A stretch of DNA of 37,484 nt from an uncultured Selenomonadales bacterium (GTDB taxonomy: Bacteria > Bacillota > Negativicutes > Selenomonadales > Selenomonadaceae), in assembly GCA_947165405.1 (NCBI GenBank), contig CAMVAG010000001.1:1-37484 (forward strand), read 5' to 3'. The position numbers and the translations under genes are program-made. Numbering within the stretch: position 1 is the first letter of the stretch; each line of letters begins with the position of its first letter. Of the stretch, positions 16,899-26,786 are shown piece by piece. Under the pieces are notes generated by a model, which was not told the origin of the DNA, made no database searches, and worked only from the letters and a program-made list of their open reading frames with translations.

Positions 16899-16899
16899 A

Positions 16900-16908
16900 T
16901 GTTATAAT
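16900..16908 (+). promoter_or_regulatory. extended -10 element upstream of rsmE
   Basis: TGtTATAAT at 16900-16908, 17 nt upstream of the rsmE ATG. I found no good -35. Confidence 0.35.
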
Positions 16909-16925
16909 CTGCGCGAGGTGAAAGC

Positions 16926-17639
16926 ATGAAGAGAATTTTTTTGAAGAAGATAACCGACGAGGTCACGATAAGCGGCAGCGACGCAAATCATTTGGCGCGG
17001 TCATTGAGAGCCAAGCGCGGCGATAAAATTACGGCGGTCGACGGCACCGGCAACTGCGCGATTCTTGAATTGATAAACTTCGACAAGGAAACGATTAAGG
17101 CAAAGCGTATCAGCGAACTTCAAAAAATCGTCGTCGAGAAAAAAATTATTCTTGCCGACTGCCTGCCCAAACAAAATCGCTTCGATAACATAATCGAGAA
17201 GGCGACCGAGTTGGGCGTCGAAAAAATTCAGCCGCTCATTTCCGAGAGAACGATTGCACGACCGAGAGACAACAAGCTTGAACGCTGGCAACGAATCGCA
17301 AAAGAAGCCGCCGAGCAATGCGCCCGCGACACAATCCCCGAAATCGAAAACGTTCGCGAGCTTGACGACTGGTTGAAGGAAATCACTCCGCTTGACGAGG
17401 ACACGCTCTTTTTGTTTTGTTGGGAGCTTGAGCAGGAAACGACCGTCCGCGAGGTCTTGAGCCTCAACGTCGACAAAAATATTATCGTGCTTATCGGCCC
17501 CGAAGGCGGCTTCAGCGAGCGCGAAGTTTCAAAAATAAAATCGGCGGGCGGCGTGAGTGTCACTTTGGGCAAAAGAATTTTGAAGACGGACACGGCGGCT
17601 GTTTCCGTCTTGGCGATGATAAATTATGAACGCATGTAA
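16926..17639 (+). CDS. rsmE: 16S rRNA (uracil1498-N3)-methyltransferase
   Basis: 237-aa ORF with an N-terminal PUA-like region and a C-terminal SPOUT knot (LIGPEGGFSEREV...LGKRILKTDTAAV). Conserved pairing with mtaB, as in the Bacillus yqeU-yqeV pair. Confidence 0.85.
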   Translation: MKRIFLKKITDEVTISGSDANHLARSLRAKRGDKITAVDGTGNCAILELINFDKETIKAKRISELQKIVVEKKIILADCLPKQNRFDNIIEKATELGVEKIQPLISERTIARPRDNKLERWQRIAKEAAEQCARDTIPEIENVRELDDWLKEITPLDEDTLFLFCWELEQETTVREVLSLNVDKNIIVLIGPEGGFSEREVSKIKSAGGVSVTLGKRILKTDTAAVSVLAMINYERM

Positions 17640-18927
17640 AATTTTTTTTCAAACGCTGGGCTGCAAAGTCAATCAATACGAAACGGAGGCAATGCAAAAA
17701 CTTTTCGAGGCGGCGGGCTGTGAAATCACGGAAGAAATTTCGGAGGCGGAGGTCGTCGTCGTGAACACCTGCACGGTGACGGCTGTCAGTTCGCAAAAAT
17801 CGCGGCAGATGATTCGTCGTGCGGCAAAGAAAAATTGTTTGCTGGTCGTCGTCGGCTGCTACGCTCAAAGCGAGCCCGAAGAAATTTCGAAGATTGAAGG
17901 CGTCGACGTGATAATCGGCACGAAGGACAGAGTTCGTATCGTCGAGCTTGTCGAAGACGCTTTAAAAAATCGCGGCGAAAAAATTTTGCAAGTCGGCAGC
18001 GTCGAGGACATCAAAGACTTTGAGGAATTGCCGCACACGCCTCACAGGACGCGAGCCTTTCTGAAGATTGAGGACGGTTGCAATAATTTTTGTTCCTACT
18101 GCATAATTCCCTACGTTCGCGGGCGCGTGAGGTCGAGGAGCCTTGAAAACATTCGCGCCGAGTGTTTGGAACTCAAAGCGGCGGGCTTCAAGGAAATTGT
18201 CTTGACGGGAATTCATATCGGAGCGTATGGTCGTGACTTCCGCGAAAAAATTTCTCTTGTCGACGCGATAAAGACTGTCCTCGACGCGGCGAATCCTCTG
18301 CGACTTCGATTGGGTTCGATTGAATCCGCCGAAATGACCGACGAGCTGATTGACTTGATAAAAAACGATTCGCGCATTTGCAATCACGTGCACCTGCCTT
18401 TGCAATCGGGCAGCGATAAAATTTTAAAGGCGATGCGCCGCCCGTACACGACGAAAAATTTTTCGGAACTGACTGCGCGGCTGATTGAGGAAGTCCCGGA
18501 AATTTCAATCGGCACGGATTTAATCGTGGGCTTCCCCGGCGAGACGGAGGAAAATTTTTTCGAGACGCTGGAATTTATTCGGGCGCAACCTTTCAGCAAA
18601 ATACACGTCTTCCCGTATTCGGCGAGGGCAGGAACTTTGGCGGCGACGTTCCCGAATCAAATCCCTCCGCAAATAAAAAAAGCCCGCGCAAGTCAGGCGT
18701 TGGAAATTTCACGAGCTAAGGCGAAAAATTTTTCCGAACGACTAATCGGCAGGGAAGTTGAAATTATCGCGGAGACTTCGACGGACGGAATCGTTGACGG
18801 CTTGACAAAAAATTATGTGCGCGTTTATACTTTCGACGAAAAAATTTCTCTCGGCTCGGTCGTGAAAGTCCAAGTCGAAAAATTTTTCAAAGACGGCGTT
18901 ATCGGCGCGGCGAAAAAAATTTTTTGA
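17626..18927 (+). CDS. mtaB: tRNA t6A37 methylthiotransferase (radical SAM, MiaB/RimO family)
   Basis: N-terminal UPF0004 cysteines (LGCKVN, NTCTVT, GCYAQ) and a radical-SAM CNNFCSYC motif. About 430 aa, and it overlaps the rsmE 3' end by 14 nt. Confidence 0.85.
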   Translation: MNACKIFFQTLGCKVNQYETEAMQKLFEAAGCEITEEISEAEVVVVNTCTVTAVSSQKSRQMIRRAAKKNCLLVVVGCYAQSEPEEISKIEGVDVIIGTKDRVRIVELVEDALKNRGEKILQVGSVEDIKDFEELPHTPHRTRAFLKIEDGCNNFCSYCIIPYVRGRVRSRSLENIRAECLELKAAGFKEIVLTGIHIGAYGRDFREKISLVDAIKTVLDAANPLRLRLGSIESAEMTDELIDLIKNDSRICNHVHLPLQSGSDKILKAMRRPYTTKNFSELTARLIEEVPEISIGTDLIVGFPGETEENFFETLEFIRAQPFSKIHVFPYSARAGTLAATFPNQIPPQIKKARASQALEISRAKAKNFSERLIGREVEIIAETSTDGIVDGLTKNYVRVYTFDEKISLGSVVKVQVEKFFKDGVIGAAKKIF

Positions 18928-19002
18928 GGCGTGTAACAAAATCCGATTCGCAACGTATAAGAGGCAGAAAGAAAATTGACAAACACAAAGGAGAAGATAA
19001 AA

Positions 19003-19329
19003 ATGGCAAAGGAAATTTTGAAAGACGAAATCCTCAGCGACGAGGAACTCGACAATGTGGCGGGCGGCACCCTCGCTCAAACCGCAGCCGACATGAACAG
19101 ATTCACGCGCGAAACAGGCTTGCAATTTCACGGCAACGACAGCCAACAGCGCGAACAGTTCCGTGACATCCTCTTCCGCAGCGGCGTCAAGATTAAAGAC
19201 CACGGCGGCTTCAGCGACAACGAATACTATCGCTTGAACGCGCAGGGACAAAAAATCGGAACGCTCAGTGAAAACGAAGCCATGAACTTGGCGATTCACA
19301 ACTACAAGAACGGTCACTTCATCTGCTGA
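19003..19329 (+). CDS. double-glycine (GG) leader peptide / bacteriocin-like precursor with an unusually long hydrophilic core
   Basis: The ATG at 19003 lies 8 nt after AAGGAGAAG. The leader MAKEILKDEILSDEELDNVAGG matches the LSxxELxxVxGG class II/C39-processed consensus and is followed by an 86-aa hydrophilic region ending in Cys. A strong terminator follows directly. Confidence 0.7.
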   Translation: MAKEILKDEILSDEELDNVAGGTLAQTAADMNRFTRETGLQFHGNDSQQREQFRDILFRSGVKIKDHGGFSDNEYYRLNAQGQKIGTLSENEAMNLAIHNYKNGHFIC

Positions 19330-19351
19330 AAGACCTCCCTCACAACAAAAA

Positions 19352-19382
19352 AGACTCGGAACAAATCGTCCGGGTCTTTTTT
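19352..19382. terminator. bidirectional intrinsic terminator
   Basis: A6-GACTCGGA-acaaatcg-TCCGGGTC-T6 (9-bp stem with one G-U pair), between the convergent peptide gene and sstT. Confidence 0.8.
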
Positions 19383-19398
19383 CATTGTCGATAAAATT

Positions 19399-20652
19399 TT
19401 ATTCTTCGGCACGCGGCGTCAAGTCGGAGGCTTTGAGCTTGCCAAGCTTTTTGCGTTCGGCAAATTCGGCAGTCGCCGTGAAGAGCGCGTCGCTTGAGGA
19501 ATTCAAAGCCGTTTCGCAAGAGTCTTGAAGGACGCCGATAATAAATCCGACGCCGACGACCTGCATTGCAATATCGTTGTCGATGCCGAAACTCGAACAG
19601 GCAACGGGAATCAAAAGCAACGAGCCGCCCGCAACGCCCGAAGCACCGCAGGCACCGACGGTTGAAATTATGCAAAGGAGCAAAGCGGTCGGCATGTCGA
19701 CGGAAATTCCCAGCGTGTGAGCCGCAGCCAAGCTCAAGACGGCGATTGTAATCGACGCGCCCGCCATGTTAATCGTCGCGCCCAAAGGAATTGAAATCGA
19801 ATACAAATCCTCGTTCAAGCCCAATCGTTTGCACAGGCTCATGTTGACGGGGATATTTGCCGCACTCGAACGCGTAAAGAATGCGTAAATGCCGCTTTCT
19901 TTGAGCGTCGCCAAGACAAGCGGATAAGGATTCATTCCGATTTTGAAAAAGACGATTATCGGATTCATGATAAGTGCCACGCTGAAGAACGCGCCCAAAA
20001 GTACCGCCAAGAGTTTTGCGTAGCCGAGCAGAGCGTCGACACCGCTGGTTACAATCGCATCGGCAACCAAGCCCATGATACCGAACGGAGCGAAGCGAAT
20101 CACCCATTGCACGACCTTTGTTACCGCCTTAGCCAAATCGCCCAAGACCGTATGCAATTCGTCGCCCGCATGACGGAACGCCAAACCCATGATAACGCCC
20201 CAAGCCAATATGCCGATATAATTTGCCGTCGTCAGCGCGTGTATCGGGTTGTCGACGACGTTCATTATGACGTTCTGTAAAACTTCAATGATTCCGCCCG
20301 GCGGAGTGATTGTCGTGTCAGCGTCGATTTGGAGTTTTAAAGTCGTCGGGAATAAAAATGAGGCAGTGACCGCGACCAGCGACGCCAAAAAAGTTCCGAT
20401 GACGTAGAGTTGAATTATCGGCTTCATTGTTGCGTTCGATTCGGATTTTTGGCTCATGGCGTTCATGACCAAAACGAAAACCAAAATCGGCGCGACACCC
20501 TTCAACGCGCTCACGAATAATTTGCCGAAAACCGCGATGACCGGAACGATTACCGGCACGAACAATGCCAGCAAAATTCCAATCACCAGACCGACGGCGA
20601 TTAACTTTATCAGAGCCGTTTCGCCGTAAACTTTTGCAACTTTTGACAGCAA
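19399..20652 (-). CDS. sstT: serine/threonine transporter (dicarboxylate/amino acid:cation symporter family)
   Basis: 417-aa polytopic protein with DAACS-type motifs ([24 protein letters not shown]). TTG start at 20652, 7 nt after GGAGG. Confidence 0.8.
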   Translation of the reverse strand: MLSKVAKVYGETALIKLIAVGLVIGILLALFVPVIVPVIAVFGKLFVSALKGVAPILVFVLVMNAMSQKSESNATMKPIIQLYVIGTFLASLVAVTASFLFPTTLKLQIDADTTITPPGGIIEVLQNVIMNVVDNPIHALTTANYIGILAWGVIMGLAFRHAGDELHTVLGDLAKAVTKVVQWVIRFAPFGIMGLVADAIVTSGVDALLGYAKLLAVLLGAFFSVALIMNPIIVFFKIGMNPYPLVLATLKESGIYAFFTRSSAANIPVNMSLCKRLGLNEDLYSISIPLGATINMAGASITIAVLSLAAAHTLGISVDMPTALLLCIISTVGACGASGVAGGSLLLIPVACSSFGIDNDIAMQVVGVGFIIGVLQDSCETALNSSSDALFTATAEFAERKKLGKLKASDLTPRAEE

Positions 20653-20715
20653 TTTGCACCCTCCTTAAAAAAATTTCCCCCGCATTATACAACCGAATCA
20701 AGCGCGGCGCAAATA

Positions 20716-20744
20716 TTGAAAAAATTATTTCAAGCAAATATAAT
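20716..20744 (+). promoter_or_regulatory. putative promoter of mfd
   Basis: TTGAAA (20716-20721), 17 nt, TATAAT (20739-20744). Confidence 0.6.
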
Positions 20745-20775
20745 CGCTTTAAAAAGTTTCCACGAGGTAGAGGCA

Positions 20776-23700
20776 ATGCATAAAATTTTGGAAGAGGCAC
20801 TGCGCGACGAAATGATTCGCGAGGCGTCGAAGAAATTTTCAAAGCGCGGAGAGTTTTTGATTTACGGAGTGACGGGCACGCAAAAAATTTTGGCGGCGGC
20901 TGCGGCTTACGAACTCAATCCGCGCCCGACAATTATTTTGGTCAGCGAGCACGAAAGAATTTCCGAATGGCACGACGACCTTGCAGAATTGTTGCCGGGC
21001 GTCGAAGTCGTCGAATTGCCCGAAATGGATTTAATCGACGTGAACGCCTCAACAATCGGCGTGGAGCGGCAGGCAAAACGTTTGGAGATTTTGGCGAGAC
21101 TTTTGCGCGGCGAAAATTTAATCGTGTTGGCAACGGCGGCGGCGGCAGTCAAAAAAGATTTTTCGCGACAAGATTTTTTGAAGTTTCAATTTCGCGTTGA
21201 GGTCGGACAAAATTTATCGCTTGAAAAATTTTTGCTCAAGCTTGACGAATTCGGCTACGAGCGCGCTGATGAAGTCGACGCAATCGGGAAGTTCAGTGTG
21301 CACGGCGGCATAGTCGATATTTTTCCGATTAACGAGGCGTCGCCTTGTCGAATTGAATTTTTCGGCGATGAAGTTGATTCACTGCGTGCGATTGATTTTG
21401 AGACTTTCCGCTCCGTGAAAAAATTGCAAAGCGTGACGATTCTTCCGATAAAAAATTTCGACAAGACGAGCGAACCGTTTTTGAGCTGCGCGGGCGAGGG
21501 CGGCACGATTATTTTCGACGAGCCCGCAAGAATTTACGAGGCGATTCACAAACTCACGACCGAAGACCCCGAACTCAAGAAAAAAATTTTTACCTTCGCC
21601 GAACTGATTCAAAGTTCACGCGCCGGCAGCCTCGTTTATCTTGAGCTGATGTTGAAAAAAATTCGCGCCGTCGAGCCGCAAGAGACAATCGGAATCACCG
21701 CCGCCAATGTCACAACTTTTCGCGGGCAGACGAAATTTTTCTTGGAAGAAATTTCACGCCTGCTTGAGTTCGGACAAAAAATTTATCTTCTCTTCACAAG
21801 CCAATCAAAAATGCTCGGCATGGAAAAACTTTTGGAAGAAAATAATTTGCGCGGGATAAATTTTCAGCTCGGCACACTCAACGACGGATTCACGTTGCCC
21901 AATGCAAAGCTCACTGTCTTGACGGAAAAAAATATTTTCGGCGGGCAAATTCGGCGGCGGAAAAAAATTCATCCCGAGGCGGGCGACAGGATTAAACATT
22001 TCAGCGACATTAAGCCCGGCGATTACGTCGTTCACGTCGAAAACGGTATCGGCAAGTATCTGGGCGTCGAGACTTTGGAGTTTAACGGTCAACGCAAAGA
22101 TTTTTTGCACATTCAATACGGCGGCGCGGATAAGCTTTACATTCCCGTCGAGCAAGTCAATTATCTGCAGAAATATATTTCCGACGATGACGCTGCGCCG
22201 AAATTATCGCGCTTGGGTTCGGGCGATTGGTCACGGGCAAAATCGAGAGCTTCCGCAGCCGTCGAGGACATTGCCGAAAAACTTTTGGAACTCTACGCCA
22301 TGCGCGAAAAGTCTTCGGGTTTTGCCTTCGACGAGGACGACGCCACTCAACGCGAATTCGAGGAGGCCTTCCCTTACGAAGAGACGCCCGACCAAATTCG
22401 TGCCGTTGCCGAAATAAAAAAAGATATGGAACGCCCGCGACCGATGGACAGGCTCGTTTGCGGAGATGTCGGCTTCGGCAAAACCGAAATTGCAATTCGG
22501 GCGGCTTACAAGGCGGCAATGAACGGCAAGCAATGCGCGGTGCTCGTTCCGACGACTGTCCTCGCGCAACAACATTATCAAACTTTTTCGGAAAGATTCG
22601 CGGGCTTCCTTCCGACGGTCGATGTTATCTGCCGCTTCCGCACGCCGAAGGAACAACGCACGACTTTGCAAAAAGTTCGCGCAGGTCAAGTCGATGTGTT
22701 AATCGGAACGCACGCGATTTTGTCAAGCCGAATAAAGTTCAAAGATTTGGGCTTGCTGATAATCGACGAGGAACAAAGATTCGGTGTCAAGCAGAAAGAA
22801 CGGATTCGGGCAATGAGCATGGGTGTCGACGTGTTGACTTTGAGCGCGACGCCGATACCTCGAACGCTGCATATGTCTTTGGTCGGAGCGCGAGACATGA
22901 GCTTGATTGAAACTGCGCCGGCTGAAAGATTCCCCGTGCAAACTTACATAATCGAAGACAACGACGAAATAATTGCGGAGGCTCTTCGGCGAGAGATTCG
23001 GCGAGGCGGTCAAGTTTATTTCGTTTACAATCGGATAGAGACGATTGAAATGATGCGCGACCGATTGACAAAGCTTGTGCCCGAAGCAAAAATTCAAACG
23101 GCGCACGGGCAAATGTCAAACGATTTCCTCGAAAACATCATGATGGAATTTTACGAGGGCGCGTTCAATGTGTTGCTGTCGACTTCGATAATTGAGAGCG
23201 GGCTTGACGTTGCCAACGCGAACACGATAATAATTTACGACGCTGACAATTTCGGCTTGGCTCAACTTTATCAAATGCGCGGGCGTGTCGGGCGTTCGAG
23301 TCGGATGGCGTTTGCTTATTTCGTTCACCGCGCCGATAAAATTTTGGGCGAGACTGCCGAAAAAAGATTGCAAGCCATGAGGGAGTTCGCGCAACTGGGA
23401 GCGGGCTTTAAAATCGCCATGAGAGATTTGCAGATTCGCGGCGCAGGAAATTTATTGGGAGCACAACAGCACGGACACATTGCGAGCGTCGGCTTTGAAA
23501 TGTACTGTCAACTTTTGGAAGATGCGGTCAAAAAACTTCAAAACAAAACGATTGAACAAGACGGCGCGCCCGACCCGATAATCAGCTTGCCGATTGAGGC
23601 GTTCATTGACAGAAATTATATTTCGAACGCGGGCGACAAGATAGAAATTTATCGGCGGCTTGCGGTCGTGCGCGAGGCGGCTGAAGTAAAAGACTTGCGC

Positions 23701-24012
23701 GAGGAATTGACCGACCGTTTCGGGAAAATCACCGAGCCCGTCGAAAATCTTTTGCAGGTTGCGTTGATAAGACTTGCCGCGAAAAATTTGGGCGTGCTTT
23801 CGATTAAGGAAAAAGATTTGCGCGTCGAGATAATTTTTTCCGACTTGAAAAAAATTCCCGCGCAGGGCGTTATCGACTTGAGTAAAATTTTTCGCCGCGA
23901 TTTTAAGTTCATCGAAAGTTCGCAACGAATTTTCCTCACGGTCAAGACGAAAAAAAATCTTCCGGCGAAAGTGCTCAACGTCTTGCAAAGCTTAAAAGCA
24001 ATCGACAATTAA
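20776..24012 (+). CDS. mfd: transcription-repair coupling factor
   Basis: UvrB-homology N-terminus, CarD/RID region (GDYVVHVENGIGKY), superfamily-2 helicase motifs (GDVGFGKTE, DEEQRFG, SATPIPRT) and a TRCF C-terminal domain. The ATG at 20776 follows GAGGTAGAGG. The ORF-track TTG at 20716 coincides with the -35 box. Confidence 0.95.
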   Translation: MHKILEEALRDEMIREASKKFSKRGEFLIYGVTGTQKILAAAAAYELNPRPTIILVSEHERISEWHDDLAELLPGVEVVELPEMDLIDVNASTIGVERQAKRLEILARLLRGENLIVLATAAAAVKKDFSRQDFLKFQFRVEVGQNLSLEKFLLKLDEFGYERADEVDAIGKFSVHGGIVDIFPINEASPCRIEFFGDEVDSLRAIDFETFRSVKKLQSVTILPIKNFDKTSEPFLSCAGEGGTIIFDEPARIYEAIHKLTTEDPELKKKIFTFAELIQSSRAGSLVYLELMLKKIRAVEPQETIGITAANVTTFRGQTKFFLEEISRLLEFGQKIYLLFTSQSKMLGMEKLLEENNLRGINFQLGTLNDGFTLPNAKLTVLTEKNIFGGQIRRRKKIHPEAGDRIKHFSDIKPGDYVVHVENGIGKYLGVETLEFNGQRKDFLHIQYGGADKLYIPVEQVNYLQKYISDDDAAPKLSRLGSGDWSRAKSRASAAVEDIAEKLLELYAMREKSSGFAFDEDDATQREFEEAFPYEETPDQIRAVAEIKKDMERPRPMDRLVCGDVGFGKTEIAIRAAYKAAMNGKQCAVLVPTTVLAQQHYQTFSERFAGFLPTVDVICRFRTPKEQRTTLQKVRAGQVDVLIGTHAILSSRIKFKDLGLLIIDEEQRFGVKQKERIRAMSMGVDVLTLSATPIPRTLHMSLVGARDMSLIETAPAERFPVQTYIIEDNDEIIAEALRREIRRGGQVYFVYNRIETIEMMRDRLTKLVPEAKIQTAHGQMSNDFLENIMMEFYEGAFNVLLSTSIIESGLDVANANTIIIYDADNFGLAQLYQMRGRVGRSSRMAFAYFVHRADKILGETAEKRLQAMREFAQLGAGFKIAMRDLQIRGAGNLLGAQQHGHIASVGFEMYCQLLEDAVKKLQNKTIEQDGAPDPIISLPIEAFIDRNYISNAGDKIEIYRRLAVVREAAEVKDLREELTDRFGKITEPVENLLQVALIRLAAKNLGVLSIKEKDLRVEIIFSDLKKIPAQGVIDLSKIFRRDFKFIESSQRIFLTVKTKKNLPAKVLNVLQSLKAIDN

Positions 24013-24030
24013 ACGTTGCTGTGCTATAAT
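24002..24030 (+). promoter_or_regulatory. putative promoter of alaS
   Basis: TCGACA (24002-24007), 17 nt, TATAAT (24025-24030) with an extended -10 TG (TGcTATAAT). Confidence 0.5.
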
Positions 24031-24062
24031 TCGCCCGCAAAAAATTTTGGGAGGCAGATATT

Positions 24063-26684
24063 TTGAAGTACATGACAGGCAAAGAAATCGCGGCGGCGTG
24101 GTTGAAATTTTTCGAGAGTAAAGGGCATTTGGTTATGCCGAGCTTTTCGCTGATACCCGAAAACGACCCGACGCTTTTAATGATAGGTGCGGGCATGGCT
24201 CCGCTCAAGCCGTTCTTCACGGGCAAGCTCAAACCGCCTTGTCCGCGCGTGACGACGAATCAGCGTTGCGTTCGCACGGGCGACATAGAAAACGTCGGAC
24301 GGACTGCGCGGCATCATACGGCGTTCATGATGCTCGGAAATTTTTCTTTCGGCGATTACTTCAAAGAGAGCGCGATACCTTGGGCTTGGGAATTTTTAAC
24401 GGAAGTTTGCGGCTTGCCTCGCGAAAAACTTTGGGTATCGATTTATCCGAACGACGACGAGGCTGAACAAATTTGGCTCAAGCAACCCGGACTCAATCCC
24501 GAACACATCGTGCGGCTTGAAGATAATTTTTGGGAGATTGGTCCCGGTCCTTGCGGTCCCGATTCCGAAATTTATATCGACCTCGGCGAGGAGCGCGGCT
24601 GCGGAAAAGAAACTTGTGCGCCCGGCTGTGACTGCGACCGCTTCCTTGAAATTTGGAATCTCGTCTTCACGCAATTCGACAAGACGGAGGACGGCGAATA
24701 CAAACCGCTTGAACATAAAAACATCGACACGGGCTGCGGGCTTGAGCGTTTGGCGAGTGTCCTTCAGAAAAAAAATTCCAACTTCGAAACGGATTTGCTC
24801 TTCCCGATAATCGAATACGTCGAGCGCGTCAGCAAACTCAAATACGGCGAGGATGCCAAGAAAGATATTTCCATGAAGGTTATCGCCGACCATGCGAGGT
24901 CGATGGCGTTCATGATTATGGATAAAATTTTGCCGTCGAACGAGGGGCGAGGCTATGTCCTGCGCAGAATTTTGCGGCGGGCGATTCGTCACGGTCGTAT
25001 GCTCGGCATTAAGGACGCTTTCCTTGAGGGCGCGATTGATTCCGTTGCGAAAATTTACGGAGACATCCCCGACTTCGAGGAGCTTGCCAAGAACGTTGCC
25101 TATATCAAAAAAGTTGTCCGCCTCGAAGAAGACAGATTCGCCGCGACGCTTGCGCAAGGCATGGAAGTTTTGACACGCGAAATCGAAAATGCAAAAGCTT
25201 CGGGCAAAACCGAACTTGACGGAGAAATTTGTTTCAAGCTTTACGACACGTTCGGTTTTCCGTTCGAATTGACGGAAGAAATTTTGCAGGAAAATAATCT
25301 TGCGCCGGACAAAAAAGGTTTCGATAAGGCAATGGAGGCTCAACGTCAACGCGCCCGCGCAGCTCGTGCCGCGAACGAACGCCTCGACGTGCCCGATTTG
25401 CTCAACGTCGACACCGAACACCTCACTCACGACGAAACTTGCACCGCGTCGAAAATTTTTGCGTTATGGAAAGACGGCAAGCTTGTCGAGGAACTTCACG
25501 ACGGCGACGAGGCGGGAATCATTCTTGAGTGCACACCGTTTTACGCGGAAGGCGGCGGGCAAGTCGGCGACGAAGGTTATCTTATCGGCGAACTCGGCAA
25601 GATAAAAATTTCCAACGCGAAGAAACTTCCCGACGGCACGATTTATCACGAGGCTTACGTCGAAGAGGGTCAAGTCAAAGTCGGCGAGGTTGTCGAAATT
25701 AAAATCGACATTGACAAAAAACTTTCCTCCGCCCGCAATCACACGGCGACGCATTTACTTCAAGCCGCGCTGAAAAAAGTCGTCGGCAACCAAGTCAATC
25801 AAGCCGGCTCACTTGTCACGCCCGAACGTCTGCGCTTCGACTTTTCAAATTTTGAACCCGTCACGCCTCAACAACTTGCCGACGTTGAAGAATTGGTCAA
25901 CGAGGAAATTTTAAAAGCCGTCGACGTTGACATTAAACAGATGCCGATTGACGAGGCGAAGAAGCTCGGCGCGATGGCTCTGTTCGGCGAAAAGTACGGC
26001 GATGTTGTCCGCGTCGTCAGCGTCGAGGATTTCAGTTGCGAACTTTGCGGCGGCTCTCACGTCAAGAACGTCGGGCAAATCGGCAGATTTAAAATCGTCA
26101 GCGAAGGCGGAATTGCGGCGGGCGTTCGGCGTATCGAGGCTGTCACGGGTCGTGCGGCGATTAAAGACGCTGTCAAACAAAACGAAATTTTAAATTCGGT
26201 TGCGGCGATTTTGAAAGTCCGTGCCGAAGATTTACCCGCGCAGCTTGAAAAAATCCTCGCCGAAGATAAATCCATGCGCAAACAACTTGAAGAGGATCAA
26301 AAGATTAAAGAGCGTGCAGAGGCTCAAAAACTTTTGGTCGGCGTGGAAGAAATCGGCGCGTTGAAATATCTTAAAGGCGTCATTCAAACAAAGACACCCG
26401 ACGAGCTGCGCGGCATTGCTGATTTTCTTATCGACAGGCTCGAAGGCGGCGTTCTCGTGTTGGCGGCAGTCAATGACGGAAAAGTTTCGCTGGTCGTCAA
26501 GGCGGATAAGAAAGCTTGCGCGGCGGGCGTTCATGCCGGAAAAATCGTCAAAGAAATTTCCAAACTCATAAACGGCGGCGGCGGCGGGCGTCCCGATATG
26601 GCTCAAGCGGGCGGCAAAAATCCCGAAGGCCTCCCGAAAATGTTCGATGCTGCGAAAAAAATTTTGGAAGGTCTCGCGAAATAA
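24063..26684 (+). CDS. alaS: alanine--tRNA ligase
   Basis: 873-aa ORF with class II motifs (FTNAGM-like LMIGAGMAPLKPFF, HHTAFMMLGNFSFGDYFK), an editing-domain HxxxH (HTATHLL), CxxxH (CGGSHV) and a C-terminal DHHA1 domain. The TTG at 24063 lies 8 nt after GGGAGG; the ATG at 24072 is an alternative start. Confidence 0.95.
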   Translation: MKYMTGKEIAAAWLKFFESKGHLVMPSFSLIPENDPTLLMIGAGMAPLKPFFTGKLKPPCPRVTTNQRCVRTGDIENVGRTARHHTAFMMLGNFSFGDYFKESAIPWAWEFLTEVCGLPREKLWVSIYPNDDEAEQIWLKQPGLNPEHIVRLEDNFWEIGPGPCGPDSEIYIDLGEERGCGKETCAPGCDCDRFLEIWNLVFTQFDKTEDGEYKPLEHKNIDTGCGLERLASVLQKKNSNFETDLLFPIIEYVERVSKLKYGEDAKKDISMKVIADHARSMAFMIMDKILPSNEGRGYVLRRILRRAIRHGRMLGIKDAFLEGAIDSVAKIYGDIPDFEELAKNVAYIKKVVRLEEDRFAATLAQGMEVLTREIENAKASGKTELDGEICFKLYDTFGFPFELTEEILQENNLAPDKKGFDKAMEAQRQRARAARAANERLDVPDLLNVDTEHLTHDETCTASKIFALWKDGKLVEELHDGDEAGIILECTPFYAEGGGQVGDEGYLIGELGKIKISNAKKLPDGTIYHEAYVEEGQVKVGEVVEIKIDIDKKLSSARNHTATHLLQAALKKVVGNQVNQAGSLVTPERLRFDFSNFEPVTPQQLADVEELVNEEILKAVDVDIKQMPIDEAKKLGAMALFGEKYGDVVRVVSVEDFSCELCGGSHVKNVGQIGRFKIVSEGGIAAGVRRIEAVTGRAAIKDAVKQNEILNSVAAILKVRAEDLPAQLEKILAEDKSMRKQLEEDQKIKERAEAQKLLVGVEEIGALKYLKGVIQTKTPDELRGIADFLIDRLEGGVLVLAAVNDGKVSLVVKADKKACAAGVHAGKIVKEISKLINGGGGGRPDMAQAGGKNPEGLPKMFDAAKKILEGLAK

Positions 26685-26708
26685 TCTTTGTCACGAATCA
26701 AAAAAAAT

Positions 26709-26733
26709 CCTCGACAATGCGTCGGGGATTTTT
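26709..26733. terminator. bidirectional intrinsic terminator between alaS and fbp
   Basis: A8-tCCTCGAC-aatgc-GTCGGGGa-T5. Confidence 0.75.
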
Positions 26734-26786
26734 CTTTTGGCAAATTAATCTTCATGAAAAATGATGCGCGCTTGTAAATTTGCAAT

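Noticed and set aside
20716-20775. N-terminal extensions given by the ORF track for mfd (TTG 20716), nifJ (12131), fbp (28814), tmk (8679), HU (32166), GH84 (36846), the MutS-like gene (33483), pheA (GTG 11407) and the GG-peptide (TTG 18976).
   Set aside because: In each case an internal ATG with a well-spaced Shine-Dalgarno coincides with the conserved family N-terminus. The extension has no SD and often overlaps a promoter box; for example, the TTG at 20716 is the -35 hexamer itself.
22227-22910. 227-aa + strand out-of-frame ORF inside mfd, and similar internal ORFs (12933-13661 in nifJ, 32871-33383 across the receiver gene and tRNA).
   Set aside because: These are alternative frames of well-supported genes with Arg/Ser/Pro-rich translations typical of off-frame reading. 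They have no start signals.
24013-24062. T-box or other riboswitch upstream of alaS (and of pheA).
   Set aside because: Only about 50 nt separate mfd from alaS, and a promoter plus the SD fill that space. pheA is preceded directly by the exonuclease gene. There is no room for a T-box of about 200 nt.
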